DNA of 64,000 nucleotides from Camelus dromedarius (GCF_036321535.1 NC_087436.1:113648001-113712000), one strand, 5' to 3'. Shown: positions 49,556 through 62,471, numbered from the stretch's first letter. The notes: a model not told the origin generated them from the letters alone. Made by a program: numbers and translations.

Positions 49556-50849
49556 ATTTATTTTAAGAATAAGAACTTTGAAAATAAAGTGTTTTTTTAA
49601 TTGAAAATATTCATGCCAAAGAAAATGTACAAATGGAAAATACAGCTAAATCACCCAGATGTTCACATCCAGTAAGGATCAGCATTTGTGTTAGTTAAAC
49701 CTTATCTCAGGTTTCACTTGGTGCTTACTTGCATATGGGAGGGACTGATGGCTTGAAAGAGAGATGCTAATAGAGATTAATAGAATTGATACCACTGTGA
49801 GGGCTAAGTTATGTCACATGTTGAATTAACACAAGGGTTCAAAACAGTAACAACTCCCCCAAATCCCCCCCGTCTGCTCTTTTCTTGTGCCTGTATTTAA
49901 ATTTCAATTTTATTATAACCCCCTCTCCCCATGGCAAATATCATTGGATGTTCTTGTATGAAAGGGGAACCAGAGAGAAGTTCACAACAGCAAGAGAGAG
50001 GAAGAAAGGTGCTAAGCTCTCAGATGGATGCTGATGGTAGTTCCTTTACTGTAAGATATAATAGCACACATGTGTTAATTATCATAACAATTGATCATTT
50101 AAAATCAAAATTCTCTAGGAGGAAAGCCACTCAAAATGGCAGTCAGTGTACTTTAAAATGGTCACCAATGCCATTGGCCATTTTGTGAGCTGAGAAACCT
50201 TAATCACTAGCAAAATCATACTAGAAACAGAAATACGATTCAGAATTTTCTTCTTGTCAATTTTCTTTACTGAGGTGAATTGTAAGAGAAACGACATCAG
50301 GTCAAAATACAGGGATTGATGCTACCCCAATGTTCCAGTTTTCTTTGGTAGCCTTAAAACTATAAAGAGATTGAGTATCTATGTCCTTATAAAAGAAAAT
50401 CTTTCTGAAAAATTTGAGGGTTTGACTGACATGAGTATTGTGGATCAAGACTCAACAGAGAGCTTGGCGTCCCTGCTGATAATTTGTGATCATCACAAAA
50501 GCCTAGTATATAACCAAACAATACCAGACATTGAGTCTGAATTAGAAGACATTAAATTAGTCAAAGGGAATAGAATATAGATTTATCTGGGAAAAGGACA
50601 CCACTTTGCAATGAACCAAACAAAACATCTTCTGCCCAGACAATGACCTAGAACGGTTTGCCAGGTTTGTGCTTAAAGATGGAAGGAGTATTCCTAGAGC
50701 CCCCACCTAAGAATGTCCTTGGTAAAAGGATGGGGCTGTTATGGGAATCATCCATAAATGGACTTGGCAGCTCCTGGATGAAACCTAGAAGTTCCAAACC
50801 CACCAGGATTTCAGGTCACAGTGACTCAAAAGTGGGCTATGTGTTGTGA

Positions 50850-51070
50850 TAATTGAGGCTGTGCATTGTGGAACCACATGGAAGTGGGTGTGGATCCTGG
50901 CCCCACCACAGTCCAAATCTGTAAGAGTGGAAAAGCCACTTAAGCTGTTTACACCCCAAATTCCATATCTCCAAGTAGTAATGAAGACCACCACACCAAG
51001 TGTTACTGTAAGAGTGTCTGAGATAATGTACATAGGTGCTGTGTGTGTGAGCAGAGCCAGCACACACAAA
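50850..51070 (+). mobile_element. MIR SINE
   Basis: gggtgtggatcctggccccacc...aaagccacttaag...gagataatgtacata. Confidence 0.6.
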
Positions 51071-51499
51071 TGACATCTGTTATCCTTCACGGTGTCATCG
51101 TTCAGAATTCTGCTGCATATGGAAAAAGAAGGAGAAAAAGATGGAAACACCAAGCCTAAGAAACATGACAGTTGAAGCTTTCTAAGTATTATAGGATCCA
51201 AATCTAACATAAGACACAAAGTGGTCCATAGGTTAAATGAGGTATGTAAACACAGATGTGTAAAAGGCAGAAGAAGGTTTCCAATGCAAATAAAAATACA
51301 TATCAAAACTATCTGTAAAAGGCCCAGTGCCATACAAATAGTACCAAGGATGTCATTTTGAAGTTCAGTTAGAAAGAGAGCACGCGAACCACAGAAACTA
51401 CAGCAACAGCGGCGTGAGCATTAATGAGAGCTTGTTATGCATCAGGTGATGTATTACATGCTCACTGTGAAAATCTTAGAGAGATAGGAATTTTTCTTA

Positions 51500-51918
51500 A
51501 AGAGAAGGAAAATTACTGCATGATATCACTTGTAAGTAGAATCTAGAAAAGGTCAACTCGTAAAATCAGAGAGTACATAGAATGGTGGTTACCAGGGGCT
51601 GGGACAGGGGTGTGGAAATTGTGGATATGTTGTTTAAATGTACAAATTTGCAACTAGTAGAGAAATAAGTCCTGGAGATCTAATGTGCTGCATAGTCATT
51701 ACAGACAATGAACATATTAGAAACTTCATAGTTGCTAAGAGACTAGATCTTAATTCTCCCCACCACAAAAATGAAATGATAATTATGTGATGTGACTGAG
51801 GTATTAGTTCATGCGGTAGTGGTGATCATTTTGCAGTGTATAGATATATCAAATCAACACATTTGTACACCTTAAACTTACACAATGTTTTATGTCAATT
51901 ATATCTCAACAAAAATAA
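51500..51918 (+). mobile_element. L1MA-type (L1MA9/10-like) 3' end
   Basis: tactgcatgatatcactt...agaatggtggttaccagggg...ctggagatctaatg...gttgctaagagactagatctta...tgtacaccttaaacttacacaatgttttatgtcaattatatctcaa. Confidence 0.9.
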
Positions 51919-52334
51919 GTTTCAGAAAAGATTGCCGCTTGGGTTTGTCCCATTCATTACGCAGACTTCCACTGAATCCGCATTTTCAGTATTTCAGCCT
52001 CTATTGGACAAGGTGACTCTGCACTCAGAACCTCTCTTGTTTTCATTTTTCCAAAGAATAAATTCTGGTCTCTTACGAGAGCAGGGAATTTTTTATTCCC
52101 AAAGAACATGGTAACACCAACTTTAAGTATTTCTGAGATTCTTTGGATTTAATTGACTTTACTTTTCATAATTATTCCCCTCCCAGGTGTTTAAGTTTAC
52201 ATTTATAGTGTTATTTTGGAAGGTGAACAACATAATGGATGTATGCTGTTTATATAGAGACTACCGTTAAGAACTCAGCAAATTGTAATTACGCTTACAT
52301 TGTTGTCTTCATCTCTGTGGTGAAAGGGTTACCT

Positions 52335-52570
52335 TTAGTGTAGAGCCCCGGTTCTGAAACTATACGTGTCTGGGTTTAAATCCTTGTTCTGCTGTTTTAT
52401 AGCTAGGAGATTTTGAGCAAGTTACTTCTCTTTGCATCAGTGACACTGTCTCTAACACTGGGATCAATTTAAGTATCTCACAAGGTAGTTGTGAGAACTG
52501 TATATGATAGCCCATATACGTTTCCAAGCTCCCAGATAATCCTAAGTGAATATTAGTTACTCTTATTAAT
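52335..52570 (+). mobile_element. MIR SINE
   Basis: ctgggtttaaatccttgttctgct...tttgagcaagttacttctctttgcatcag...gtagttgtgagaa. Confidence 0.75.
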
Positions 52571-53464
52571 AACATCTCAAGGTCCTTTCCAACTCAATGA
52601 TTCTCAAATGAAGGATCTATATAATGACATTTATTTGATCAAAATAAAGTATTGAATGTGATGTCAGTGTTACTGTTTATTCCTCTCCTTGACAGCTCAT
52701 TCATCATTTCTATGGATTGTCGTGTGGCTGACTTTGGAGGCTTCAGCTTCTAGGTCTTTTGTTTTCTCTCTCCAAGAAGCTCCTGTGTATAGGAGAATCA
52801 AAGATTAGTTGAATTTCCAGTGTCTTTGTTATCAAGCTGGGATACAGATTTTCCTCCAAGAGATGTGACAATATATATTCATGTTGTTATAGTACCATGG
52901 GTTTCATAAATCACATGCTATTTGTAATGGAATGAAACCTCATCATTGCCTGCTTTAAGCAAGACTTCAGTAGCAAACAAATCATAATCCAAACCACAGG
53001 AAGAGTGTTGGCCTTTAATAGAAGTTGAAACTTGAAAACAGAAAATGACTCAGTCAACCTTTAACAGAAGCATACAGGCAGGCCTCACTTTATGCAATGA
53101 GTGTCTTTCTAAAAAATTAGTGTGAATCCTCCTCTCCTTTTGAAAAGACAGGGGTAGCATCCAGTTGATGGTGTGATTATTTTGTTAATTTTCAGTGGAC
53201 AGCGGGCACTCATTGACAATTAAGGAAATGAAAATGTATTATCATTTCCAGGGTGAAGTATGCTTCTATTCACAGAGTATATGGCATGAGTAATATGTCA
53301 TCTGTCTCCCCAGGGAGTCCACAATGGACTCAAAAGTAAATAATACTCAATGTCTTTCGAAGGCATAGAAATATTACCAAGCACACTTTGTCCCTTAATC
53401 AAATTTATTTTTTATAGTGACCTTCCTCATTTATGGTACCTTCTAAGTTCTTACTCTATAATGA

Positions 53465-53935
53465 TATTCATTCATTCACTCATTCATTCATTCATACACA
53501 CATCTGTATATGGTCAGAGAAAGTTCTATGAAAAAGAAATATAGCTGAGGTATGTAAGACAAATGGGATTTACTCAAAGCAGAAGAGCAGGAACAGGAGA
53601 TAGGGGAAAAGGGCAAACATTCAAGAGCTCATAGAGCATTGGAAAGATGGAATAGAGTTTATTTACCTGCAGCGAAAATTCAGGATAGTTGCAGCTGGAA
53701 GTAAGGCCAGAGAGACAGATAAGGGCCAGGTCATGGAAAATCATGTAAGTCACATTAAAGAGTTTGAAGCTTATACTGAAATCAGTGAGACTCTTAAAGA
53801 GTGGCATGCTCAAGTCTATGTTCTGAAGAAGCCACATTGACAATCACATGCAGAAAGGATTAGTAGGGAATTAGGTTGGATACAGGGAGACCAGGGTCTA
53901 TGACATCCAAGCAGAAAATGGCTTGGATTACCATT
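53465..53935 (-). mobile_element. L2 3' portion
   Basis: (ATTC)n tail at 53466-53494; agggccaggtcatggaa...taaagagtttgaagcttatact. Confidence 0.78.
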
Positions 53936-54094
53936 GTCAAGTGAATTATGTTGTTTGCCATTAAATAAATTTACAACACAGGCACAGCAGATGAGAGAGC
54001 TTCTTTCTGTTAGGCAGGTGGCTTTCTTTTACTCTCTTAAGAGTTCAAAATTGGAACACACCAATTCTAAGAGATTGAAAAAAACACTTTGCTG

Positions 54095-54320
54095 TTTTTA
54101 AAAAAATTTTATTGAAGTATAGTTAGTTTACAATGTTGTGCTAATTTCTGGTGTACAGCACAATGCTTCAGTCATATAGGAACATACATCTATTCATTTT
54201 CATATTCTTTTTCACAATAAGTTACTACAAGATATTGAATATAGTTCTCTGTGTTATACAGTGTAGACTTCTTGTTTATCTGTTTTATATATATTAGTAT
54301 CAGCAAATCTCGAACTCCAC
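54095..54320 (-). mobile_element. L1 3' UTR fragment (cetartiodactyl/camelid type)
   Basis: tttattgaagtatagttagtttacaatgttgtgctaatttctggtgtacagca...tactacaagatattgaatatagtt...gcaaatctcgaactcc. Confidence 0.9.
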
Positions 54321-54324
54321 TTTT

Positions 54325-54545
54325 AAACTGCTGTCTAACTTTGGGCAATTTCCTTAATTAATGAAGCTTAATGAAGCTCTGTGCCTTCATTTCCTCATCT
54401 GCAAAATAAACATAATAATAGTACTCACATCTTCCTTATAGAGTTGTTACAAAGATTAAATTAGGCAATAATTAAAAAGCACTTACAACAGCTCTTGGCA
54501 CATAGCAATCCATTCTCATTGTCTTTGTCGTCATCATCATTATCA
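54325..54545 (+). mobile_element. MIR SINE
   Basis: ctctgtgccttcatttcctcatctgcaaaataaacataataatagtac...tggcacatag. Confidence 0.85.
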
Positions 54546-54699
54546 TGAAAGCACGGAATCCATATAAACAAATGAGACAATGTTGAGACTGAGGACAGAG
54601 ATTTTCTAAAGTCTCAGAAAGTTAGAGAAAGAGTAAGGGTGTCCCTGAAGATTTTTTTTAGCCAATGGTTAGAAAGGTGGATGATGACAACGGGGGACA

Positions 54700-55900
54700 G
54701 ACTCATCCAATTTCAGTCTGAAAGTGGATTGGTGTGGATGAGTGCAATAAGAAAGAGAAACTCAGAAAGAAAGATAACACATGTATTAGCTACAAGAGAA
54801 GATGTTGCAGAACTAGTACACAAATTAGAAGCAGCAAAGAATAAAATAGAATGGTGAAAACTGAGTGTATGTCACAGAACAAAGTCTTGGGATAATCACA
54901 ATGAACATAGAGAAAAATATTAAGAAATTAAGCAAATAAAAAGGAGATGATACCTGTGGAAGGCAGAAAACATAAAAATAAAAGATATCCTTACATAGTG
55001 AATTCAACAAATAAAACAAAAGATGCTAAAAGATATATACAAAAAAAATTCTTGAAAGCAATAGAGAAATAAATATGTAGCTAGAAAATAAAATCCTGAT
55101 TGATTGATATTGGGGCACATTCCAATGGAGTTATTGCTTGTTTGTCAGAGATAATGAAAGAATGCTTCAAATATCTTGACAGAAGAAAACAATGAACCAT
55201 CATCTAAAAGGAGAATAAGGACCCTGGACTTCTAATTCTTGATGAAAATACTCAATGTCAAAAGATAATGGATGAATTCCTACATAGTTCTAGCAGCATG
55301 AATAGAGATTATAGTAGTGTTAAGTACAAATATTCAAGAAATACAATAACCATGGGTCTTTCTTACAACAAAACAAACAAAATAATTAAGGTAGAACACA
55401 TAGAATTTAAAAATTAAAAAACCCTGTATTTTAAGTTCTGTGGTGAATATTAAATTTCCTTAATATATAGCTAAAACTTAGGTAACTATATATGCATGCA
55501 GAATGTGAATATTATAAACCTTGATAATATAAAAATAATAATATGGCATACAAAGATTAGAAGTGGAGAAAGAACAAGGTGGAATAACTGTAGGTTGGCT
55601 AGACTCACCACCTGATTTGACATATTTCATAGTATAGAACAAATTGAGACTTTCTGAAATTGAAGCATGGAGTTAAAAGAGTTAATGAATTCAAACTTAC
55701 AATAAATTTTTTTACAATCTATTTTTCTTCACTGTAAAGGGATTTTTTAGCAACTAATATTCCTTTTTGTGAAAGCATTCTTATCTGACATTCAACATTT
55801 TTATCAGTTTCACTTATTTATCAAAAGTAAGTTTAATATAAACATTTAAAAATTAATAAATAGCATTTATCAAAATGATTATTTTTCTTATGTGACTTTA
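54700..55900 (+). mobile_element. Ancient L1 ORF1-like / HAL1-like fragment
   Basis: A-rich sequence; ggacttct...aatactcaatgtcaaaagataatggatgaattcctacatagttc and caagaaatacaataaccatgggtctttctt resemble the HAL1/L1 ORF1 C-terminal region. No ORF2-like sequence recognised downstream. Confidence 0.55.
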
Positions 55901-55974
55901 TGTCTTTATCCCTTTCATTATATTAATGCATAAATCGATATCTAGGACTATGTTATCTAACAATAATGATAACA

Positions 55975-56205
55975 ATAATAATAACAGTAAGAGAAGCTAG
56001 CACTTACTAATGCTTACTGTGCAGGAATTTTCCTAAGCATTGTACATGTAATACTTTATTTAATATCACAACATTATTAAGCAGTAAGTATCATTCTCCA
56101 CTGCAGAGATGACAGAACAGAGGCATAGTGGGGTTTGGTGAATTGCCCAAACCAACATAGATATTAAGTGGTAAATTTAGAATTCTAACCCAGACAGTTT
56201 TTAAT
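55975..56205 (-). mobile_element. MIR SINE
   Basis: gctagcacttactaatgcttactgtg...cagagatgacagaacagaggca...aattgcccaa...ttctaacccagacag. Confidence 0.8.
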
Positions 56206-56289
56206 CACTAACATTAAAGTTTCTAGGTAGGAAGATTATAGGATAACTTGCTCCTTTTACTTTTTAAAAATTCTTTATTTTTAATACAA

Positions 56290-56400
56290 ATCTATATGTA
56301 TACATGTATATATACACATATACAGTAGACATACATGTGTATATATATTTCTGATATATATATTTGTGTTAAATACATTTGTGTATATAATTATTCACAT
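56290..56400. repeat. Degenerate (TA/CA/TG)n low-complexity tract
   Basis: Seen directly. Confidence 0.75.
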
Positions 56401-57156
56401 GTAAAGAAGGAAAAAACAAAATGTGTGAGAAGAGCTCAGAGGAGAAAGGAGGTTGGGGAAAATGAGAGTCAGAGAGCTGAGAAACATAGCGAAGCAAAAC
56501 CAGACTTGCTAGAAATAGAAAAGGGCATTAAAAAAATCAGGAAATTTAAATATTAAATATAAATGCATTTTTCTATGCTATTTCAGTGTGAATCCTCTAA
56601 GGGAATAACAATTTTGGATTTGGATTTCCACTGGAGCAAAAATAAAGAACAAACCACAAGACATAGAGTAAAGGTTCAGAGTTTAGAAGATAGAAATGGG
56701 AAAGCTGAAGGTGACTGGGAGAGAAGCAAAATCTCAGGATTTCCCAGAACTCTTGTGAAGGATTTCTCACAGGATGTGGGTTCAGTTATGGCAAGGCTCA
56801 CTTATTCAAAAGACTTCAGTAGACACTGGCACCTAAGTCACACACTCATCCTCACAGCAAGACAGGCATTTTCATTATCCCCATTCTGACATGGAGGAAA
56901 GACAGTGAGCCTTGGACTTGCCCACATGTACCCAGACAGCTTAGTGACAGAGGGTAAACTTATACCCATGTCTTCCCGTCTTCAAAGTCTAGCATCTTTC
57001 ACTGACACTTCCTTTTTTGAGTAGTGGAATATATTTCATTATCTCCCCTCAAGAGATATAGATAACTTCAAAAATGATATAAGCTGTGGCTGCTGCTCTG
57101 TTAGCAGCCAATTCAAGCTCTCCAATTCTGGGAGACTCAGATCAATCCAGTTCTTC

Positions 57157-57913
57157 ATGTTTTTGCTTAAGTATAGTCAGTTACAATGTGTCAACTTCTG
57201 GTGTAGAGCACAACGTCACAGTCATGAATATACATACATATATTCATTTTCATATTATTTTCATTAAAGGTTATAATGAGTTCCCTGTGCTATACAGAAG
57301 AAACATTTTTTAAAATCTATTTTTATATATAGTGGCTTAACTTTGTAAATCTCAAACTCCCAAATTTATCCCTTCCCACCCTCTTTCCCCTGTAACCATG
57401 AGATTGTTTACTATGTCTGTGACTCTGTTTCTGTTTTGTAGATGAGTTCATAGTGTCCTTTTTTTTCCTTTCTTTTTTTTTTTCCAGATTCCACATATGA
57501 GTGGTATCATACAGTATTTTTCTTTCTCTTTCTGGCTTCACATGGAATGACGATCTCTAGGTCCATCCATGTTGCTGCAAATCACATTATTTTATTTTTT
57601 ATGGCTGAGTAGTATTCCATTGTATAAACATACCACAGCGTCTTTATCCAGTCATCTGTTGATGGATATTTAGGCCACTTGCATGTCTTGGCCACTGTAT
57701 ACAGTGTTGCTATGAACACTGGGCATATGTATCTTTTCAAATTAGAGTTCCCTCTGGATATATACTCAGAAGTGGGATTGTTGGATCATATCATAGGTCT
57801 GTTTTTGGTTTTTTGAGGACTCTCCATACTGTGGCTGCACCAAATTACATTCCCACCAGCAGTGTAAGAGGGTTCCCCTTTTCTCCACACCCTTTCCAGC
57901 ATTTATCATTCAT
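57157..57913 (-). mobile_element. 5'-truncated lineage-young L1 (ORF2 end plus 3' UTR) with 13-bp TSD
   Basis: aagtatagtcagttacaatgtgtc...agattccacatatgagtggtatcatacagtattt...acattcccaccagcagtgtaagagggttccc. TSD aatccagtt(c/a)ttc at 57144-57156 and 57914-57926. Confidence 0.93.
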
Positions 57914-58348
57914 AATCCAGTTATTCTCAAACACAGTGTGAGACTATAATCACTTGCATGTTGAAAACTTATTTTTGAGTCAAATTCCCAGGAGGCATCT
58001 TGGTATGTTGCCTACGATGTGGTTAAAGATCATGAGTTAGAGCAGCACAGGTTAGCCAGTGAAAAATGTCCATCAAAGAACACAATTTCATCCCTTGACA
58101 TCATGATGTTACATAGTGCCCCGTAATGCCTCCTGGAGAATTTGGCCATTTTCCTTTGTCGGCTCGATTCTCATATTTTATATGACTGGAGCTGCTATGC
58201 TCTGAGATAAGCTGCCACCACCAGCTGATACGTGGTTTGGACAATCTCTGCCTCTGTTTTCTGTGGTAACCTTCTAGCAAGTCAGTATAATAATATGAGG
58301 TGTATTATATATTTTAAATATAATATGTTATAGTATATATTATTGCAT

Positions 58349-58352
<4 letters not shown>

Positions 58353-58445
<93 letters not shown>
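58353..58445. repeat. (TAA)10(TTA)21 head-to-head trinucleotide repeat
   Basis: Seen directly; source of the poly-Ile ORF at 58343-58525. Confidence 0.97.
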
Positions 58446-58446
<1 letters not shown>

Positions 58447-60489
58447 ATGGGGCATACCAGCTCTCATGCTTAGCCATCTTACCCCTGGAACATGGAAACT
58501 AGTCAGATCTCCTCCATGCTTCTAGGGAGACCCAGAAAAAGATGGTGGGGTCTGCTTTGAGAAATCCTTGTGCCCAGTCAGGCTATGACGCCTTGCCAAA
58601 CACCTTGTCCTTGGTATGTGGTGTGGAACCATCATTGGTGCTGACACTGTTCTCAACGCCCTCATGAGGGAAAAGGGAACACTAGTCCTTTCAGCTTTGA
58701 AATTTCCAAACTTCAAAAGGGGTTTCCTCATATCTCCATGTACTCAACACATTATACTTCTTTTTTCTTTGTCATGTGATTAACTGCCCAAAAAGGAAGA
58801 GGTAAGTACTTTTATTTTCAGTGCCAAATGTTACTTGCTGGATGATGTTAATATTTACTGAGCTCGCATGCTAAAGTTGTATAAAATTCTCTAGATAAGA
58901 CTTATAAAACTACATGAAAGGCCTCTAACTCTATGATTTCCGAGTTTATACATTTTAAGAAGTCCAATGGTCCATACTAAATAATGAAATGGTGAGAAAG
59001 ACCACATAAATGTTAACTTGTAAAAAAAAATTAGTATCTATGAGACCAAAATAAAAAAATTATTACTATGTGAATTTAGTGGTTTAATTGTGCCTGGATT
59101 AATTATGTAATTAACATAAGAATGTGCTTTTTATATTAGCTCTCTGTATATTAATAAAGGAATTGTTCATAAGATGAGCATACCAGACATTGGGAAGTGC
59201 TAATTAATTTCAGAAATGGAAATGTTCAGTTACTAAAGCACTTTTTCATTGTCTCCTTTAGAGATGTAGTGCAACACACCATTTGCTGGACCGTCTTTCA
59301 CCTGCAAATTGCACTGTTTTTCAAATTTGTTTCTACTTTGCATTCTTTTAAAAGCAAATATAAATATAATAAGTTTTTCATATAGCTATCATGAAATAAT
59401 TACACAATTGCTTCCTTGCATTCCTACAAGGAATTCTGGTAATTCTTTGTACCTCTATCAGCTTGTAATTCTCACTGAAAAATAATTGAGTTCCTAAGGC
59501 TCATTTGTTAGGAAGAAGTTGTGGCTTCTGATCTGTGGAGTCCTAAAAGTCTAGTGGCTTAAATAAATAGAAAATTATTTTCTTTTATGTAGCAGTGCAT
59601 CCAGTTTCACTTCTACTTTCTTTCCTCCTAAGTGGATTGTGTGTGGTGAGATGCTTGGTGAACTGGCCTTTTCCAGTGCAACTGGATGCAATTATCTCTT
59701 TAAGAAAGAATGGCATGGAAAGTTCTTTTATTGCTTTTATGGTTGGAACAGTAGTTGAGGATTCAAAAAGACTCAATAAACAGCATAGATCGCCTTAATT
59801 AAAGTTCTGAACCTATTAAAACTAAAACAAAAAAGGGAGATAAGTAATCAAAATATACTTTATTACTGACAAAGATGATACTGGAGATAGTGGCTTATAT
59901 CTGTGAGCAACTGTGATCATTACACTGAACTCAAAAATTACACAGACTTACCTATTCGATTTTGCAAAAATTAGGAAATTTAATAAACAGGGAAGAAGAG
60001 TTTGCTCCCTAACAGAAAAATCAAGGAGATGAGAAGGACTTATATCCTTGGCCAAGAAGGATTAAAACAGGTTAGATGTTTATAAACTGAAACCTTGAAA
60101 GAGTCACTTTGAAGCACACAAAGGAATTTCATTTTTATCCTTTCATAAGAATGCCAAATTCTGCACATCTGAAGTTTTTGACACTGTTGACTAGTCTGCT
60201 GTTTTTGAAAAGCTCAATTTCTTCTAAAGATTTTCAGAAATTTTTATTTTTTTAGGAACTCTGTACACGTCACCTAGATTTTCAATTAATTAATTTACAT
60301 AAATTTGTATATAGTTTTAGATGAGTTATTTAAAAGACTGTTTTAAAATTTCTATGTGGGTGTGTATATATGAGACCAATTTCACAGTGTAATTATTAGA
60401 GAGTATAATCTGTACAATCTTTTAGATTTGGATATTAAAATTTATACAGTTTTTATAATGAATTTGTTTACTTGTATTAAGTAATTTTT

Positions 60490-60708
60490 TTAAACTTTTT
60501 TTATTGGGTTATAGTCATTTTACAATGTTGTGTCAAATTCCAGTGTAGAGCATAATTTTTCAGTTATACATGAACATACATATATTCATTGTCACATTTT
60601 TTTTTCGCTGTGAGCTACCACGAGGTCTTGTATATGTTTCCCTGTGCTATACAGTATAATCTTGTTTATCTATTCTGCATATGCCTGTCAGTATCTACAA
60701 ATTTTGAA
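60490..60708 (-). mobile_element. Young L1 3' UTR fragment with perfect 11-bp TSD
   Basis: ttttattgggttatagtcattttacaatgttgtgtcaaattccagtgtagagca...ccctgtgctatacagtataatcttg. TSD aagtaattttt at 60479-60489 and 60709-60719. Confidence 0.92.
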
Positions 60709-61599
60709 AAGTAATTTTTAAAAAATGTGTTAGTAATTAGAAACCCTTGACTATCACAATGCTCCTTATTTGGTGTTTCTTTCTTATTTGATCAGACCTT
60801 CTCTCTCTCTTTGACTTTTCAAAAATTCAATTCATGATATCACCATGTCCTATTTCCTTTCATGGTATTTAATTTTTTCTATTTTAATAGTTTATGCTTT
60901 AATCTTTAGTTTCTAGTTTAGTTCTTTACTCTCTTATTCATTTTCTGTATTGAATTGAATAGTTTAATCATTTAGTCTGTCTTTCCAGTTTTGTAATAAA
61001 TGTATTTCAGATCATCTCAACAATTTATTATTTAGGGTTGTCTTGTTATTTGAGTCCATGTTCTATAATTTCAGCTTGATTTACTATTCAAAATAATTTT
61101 AGTTTATTATTTGATACCTTGCTAAACTATCAAATTAGAGTAGAATGTACATGCAAGGATTCTGAAAAAAAAAATTGAGGGTATCTTTTCTTAGAAGTAG
61201 TTTGAAAATAAACTCCAGGGAAACAAGAAGTAAAGCAACAAGTAAGAAGGTACGAAATTTCAGAGACAGAGACCCCCAAATTATAGTGGAGTGATGGAAA
61301 ATCTTGAAATAGTCACTATACAACCTCCCTAGAGCCCAATGATCCATGAGGGAACAAACCTATGGTGAGAAATTTAGTGTGTATGGCTTGTGCAGGAGAA
61401 TCACATAAACCTTGTTACTTAAATAGGATTGTATATGTTCTTTCTATATTCCTTTAATGTTACCACCACATTCAAAAATAACTTTATATTCTTCAACCTG
61501 GTTTTGCATGCTCCATTCAACATGCCGAGCTGTTCTAAGACTCATAATTTCCCAATCAATGTGCTGTTACCTCCTCATTATTTTAGGTAGAAGGGAGAT

Positions 61600-61990
61600 T
61601 AATAAACAAGACTTATGAGATTATTTCCTCCCAAGGAATTACATCCTAAAAGAGGGAAAGACAATGTTATGAAACAAAAAAAAATGATCAAGATTTTTTC
61701 AACTATTTCAGAGAATAATAAAACATATTTAAAAGTTTTTAAAAAGTGATATGATGGTAGTCAGAACAGGTTCCTCTGAGAAGGTAAAGTGAGACCAGGA
61801 GAACAAGAAGAGTCTAATTGTTTGACTATTTCAAGCAGAATGGGTAAGCAGAGTAAGAGCAAGTACAAAGACCCCCTAAGAAAGCCTCACTACCCGAACA
61901 AGAAGACAAAAGAAGGCCAGTGTGGCTGGAGAGTAATTGGTAGTTAGATAGAGTAGTAGGACATAGACTGAAGAGGCAGGCATATACAAT
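61600..61990 (-). mobile_element. L2 fragment
   Basis: gtcagaacaggttcctctgagaaggt...gagcaagtacaaagaccc...gaaggccagtgtggctggag. Confidence 0.72.
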
Positions 61991-62019
61991 CACTAAATAT
62001 TTGAAATAACCCTCATAAT

Positions 62020-62470
62020 AATGGCATTGCAAAAGTAAACAGCGAGATACCAATTTTCATCAACAAACTGGCAAAAGATTTAAAAATATTGATAACATTG
62101 GAAAAGAGGATTGCTAAAGACTACTTGTGGTACAAACTGGTATAACTACTTTGGAGAGTGCTTTGCAAAATGTCTATCTTGTATGATCCAGTACTTTCCG
62201 TCCTGAGTATATACCCCAGAGAAATTATCTCATACGTGCACCAGATTGTCCGTAGCATTGCTATTGTGAATAGCAAAACAATAACAACAACATGATAGAC
62301 TGGAGACAACTTAAGGGTATATTATTGGGAAGATAAATAATAAGTGATAGACTACTGCACAGCAGTGGAAATGAATACTTAGGAGCTGTAGGTAGTCCTT
62401 GGGATAAAGCAATGCTAATGGGACAAAAAAGTTATAGAAGCACACATATAGTGGAATTCTATTTATGTAC
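62020..62470 (+). mobile_element. Old L1ME-like ORF2 end / 3' region
   Basis: aactggcaaaagatttaaaaatattgataaca...tacaaactggtataactactttggagag...tatgatccagtacttt...tataccccagagaaa. Confidence 0.8.
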
Positions 62471-62471
62471 A

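Noticed and set aside
50371..50580. Acidic, protein-looking 69-aa ORF
   Set aside because: Non-ATG start, no recognisable family and no convincing flanking splice sites.
50785..51333. 182-aa hydrophobic ORF resembling a membrane protein
   Set aside because: It overlaps a MIR, its hydrophobicity reflects the T-rich strand composition, and it shows no family motif.
58343..58525. Poly-isoleucine ORF
   Set aside because: It is the translation of the (TAA)n(TTA)n microsatellite and has a non-ATG start.
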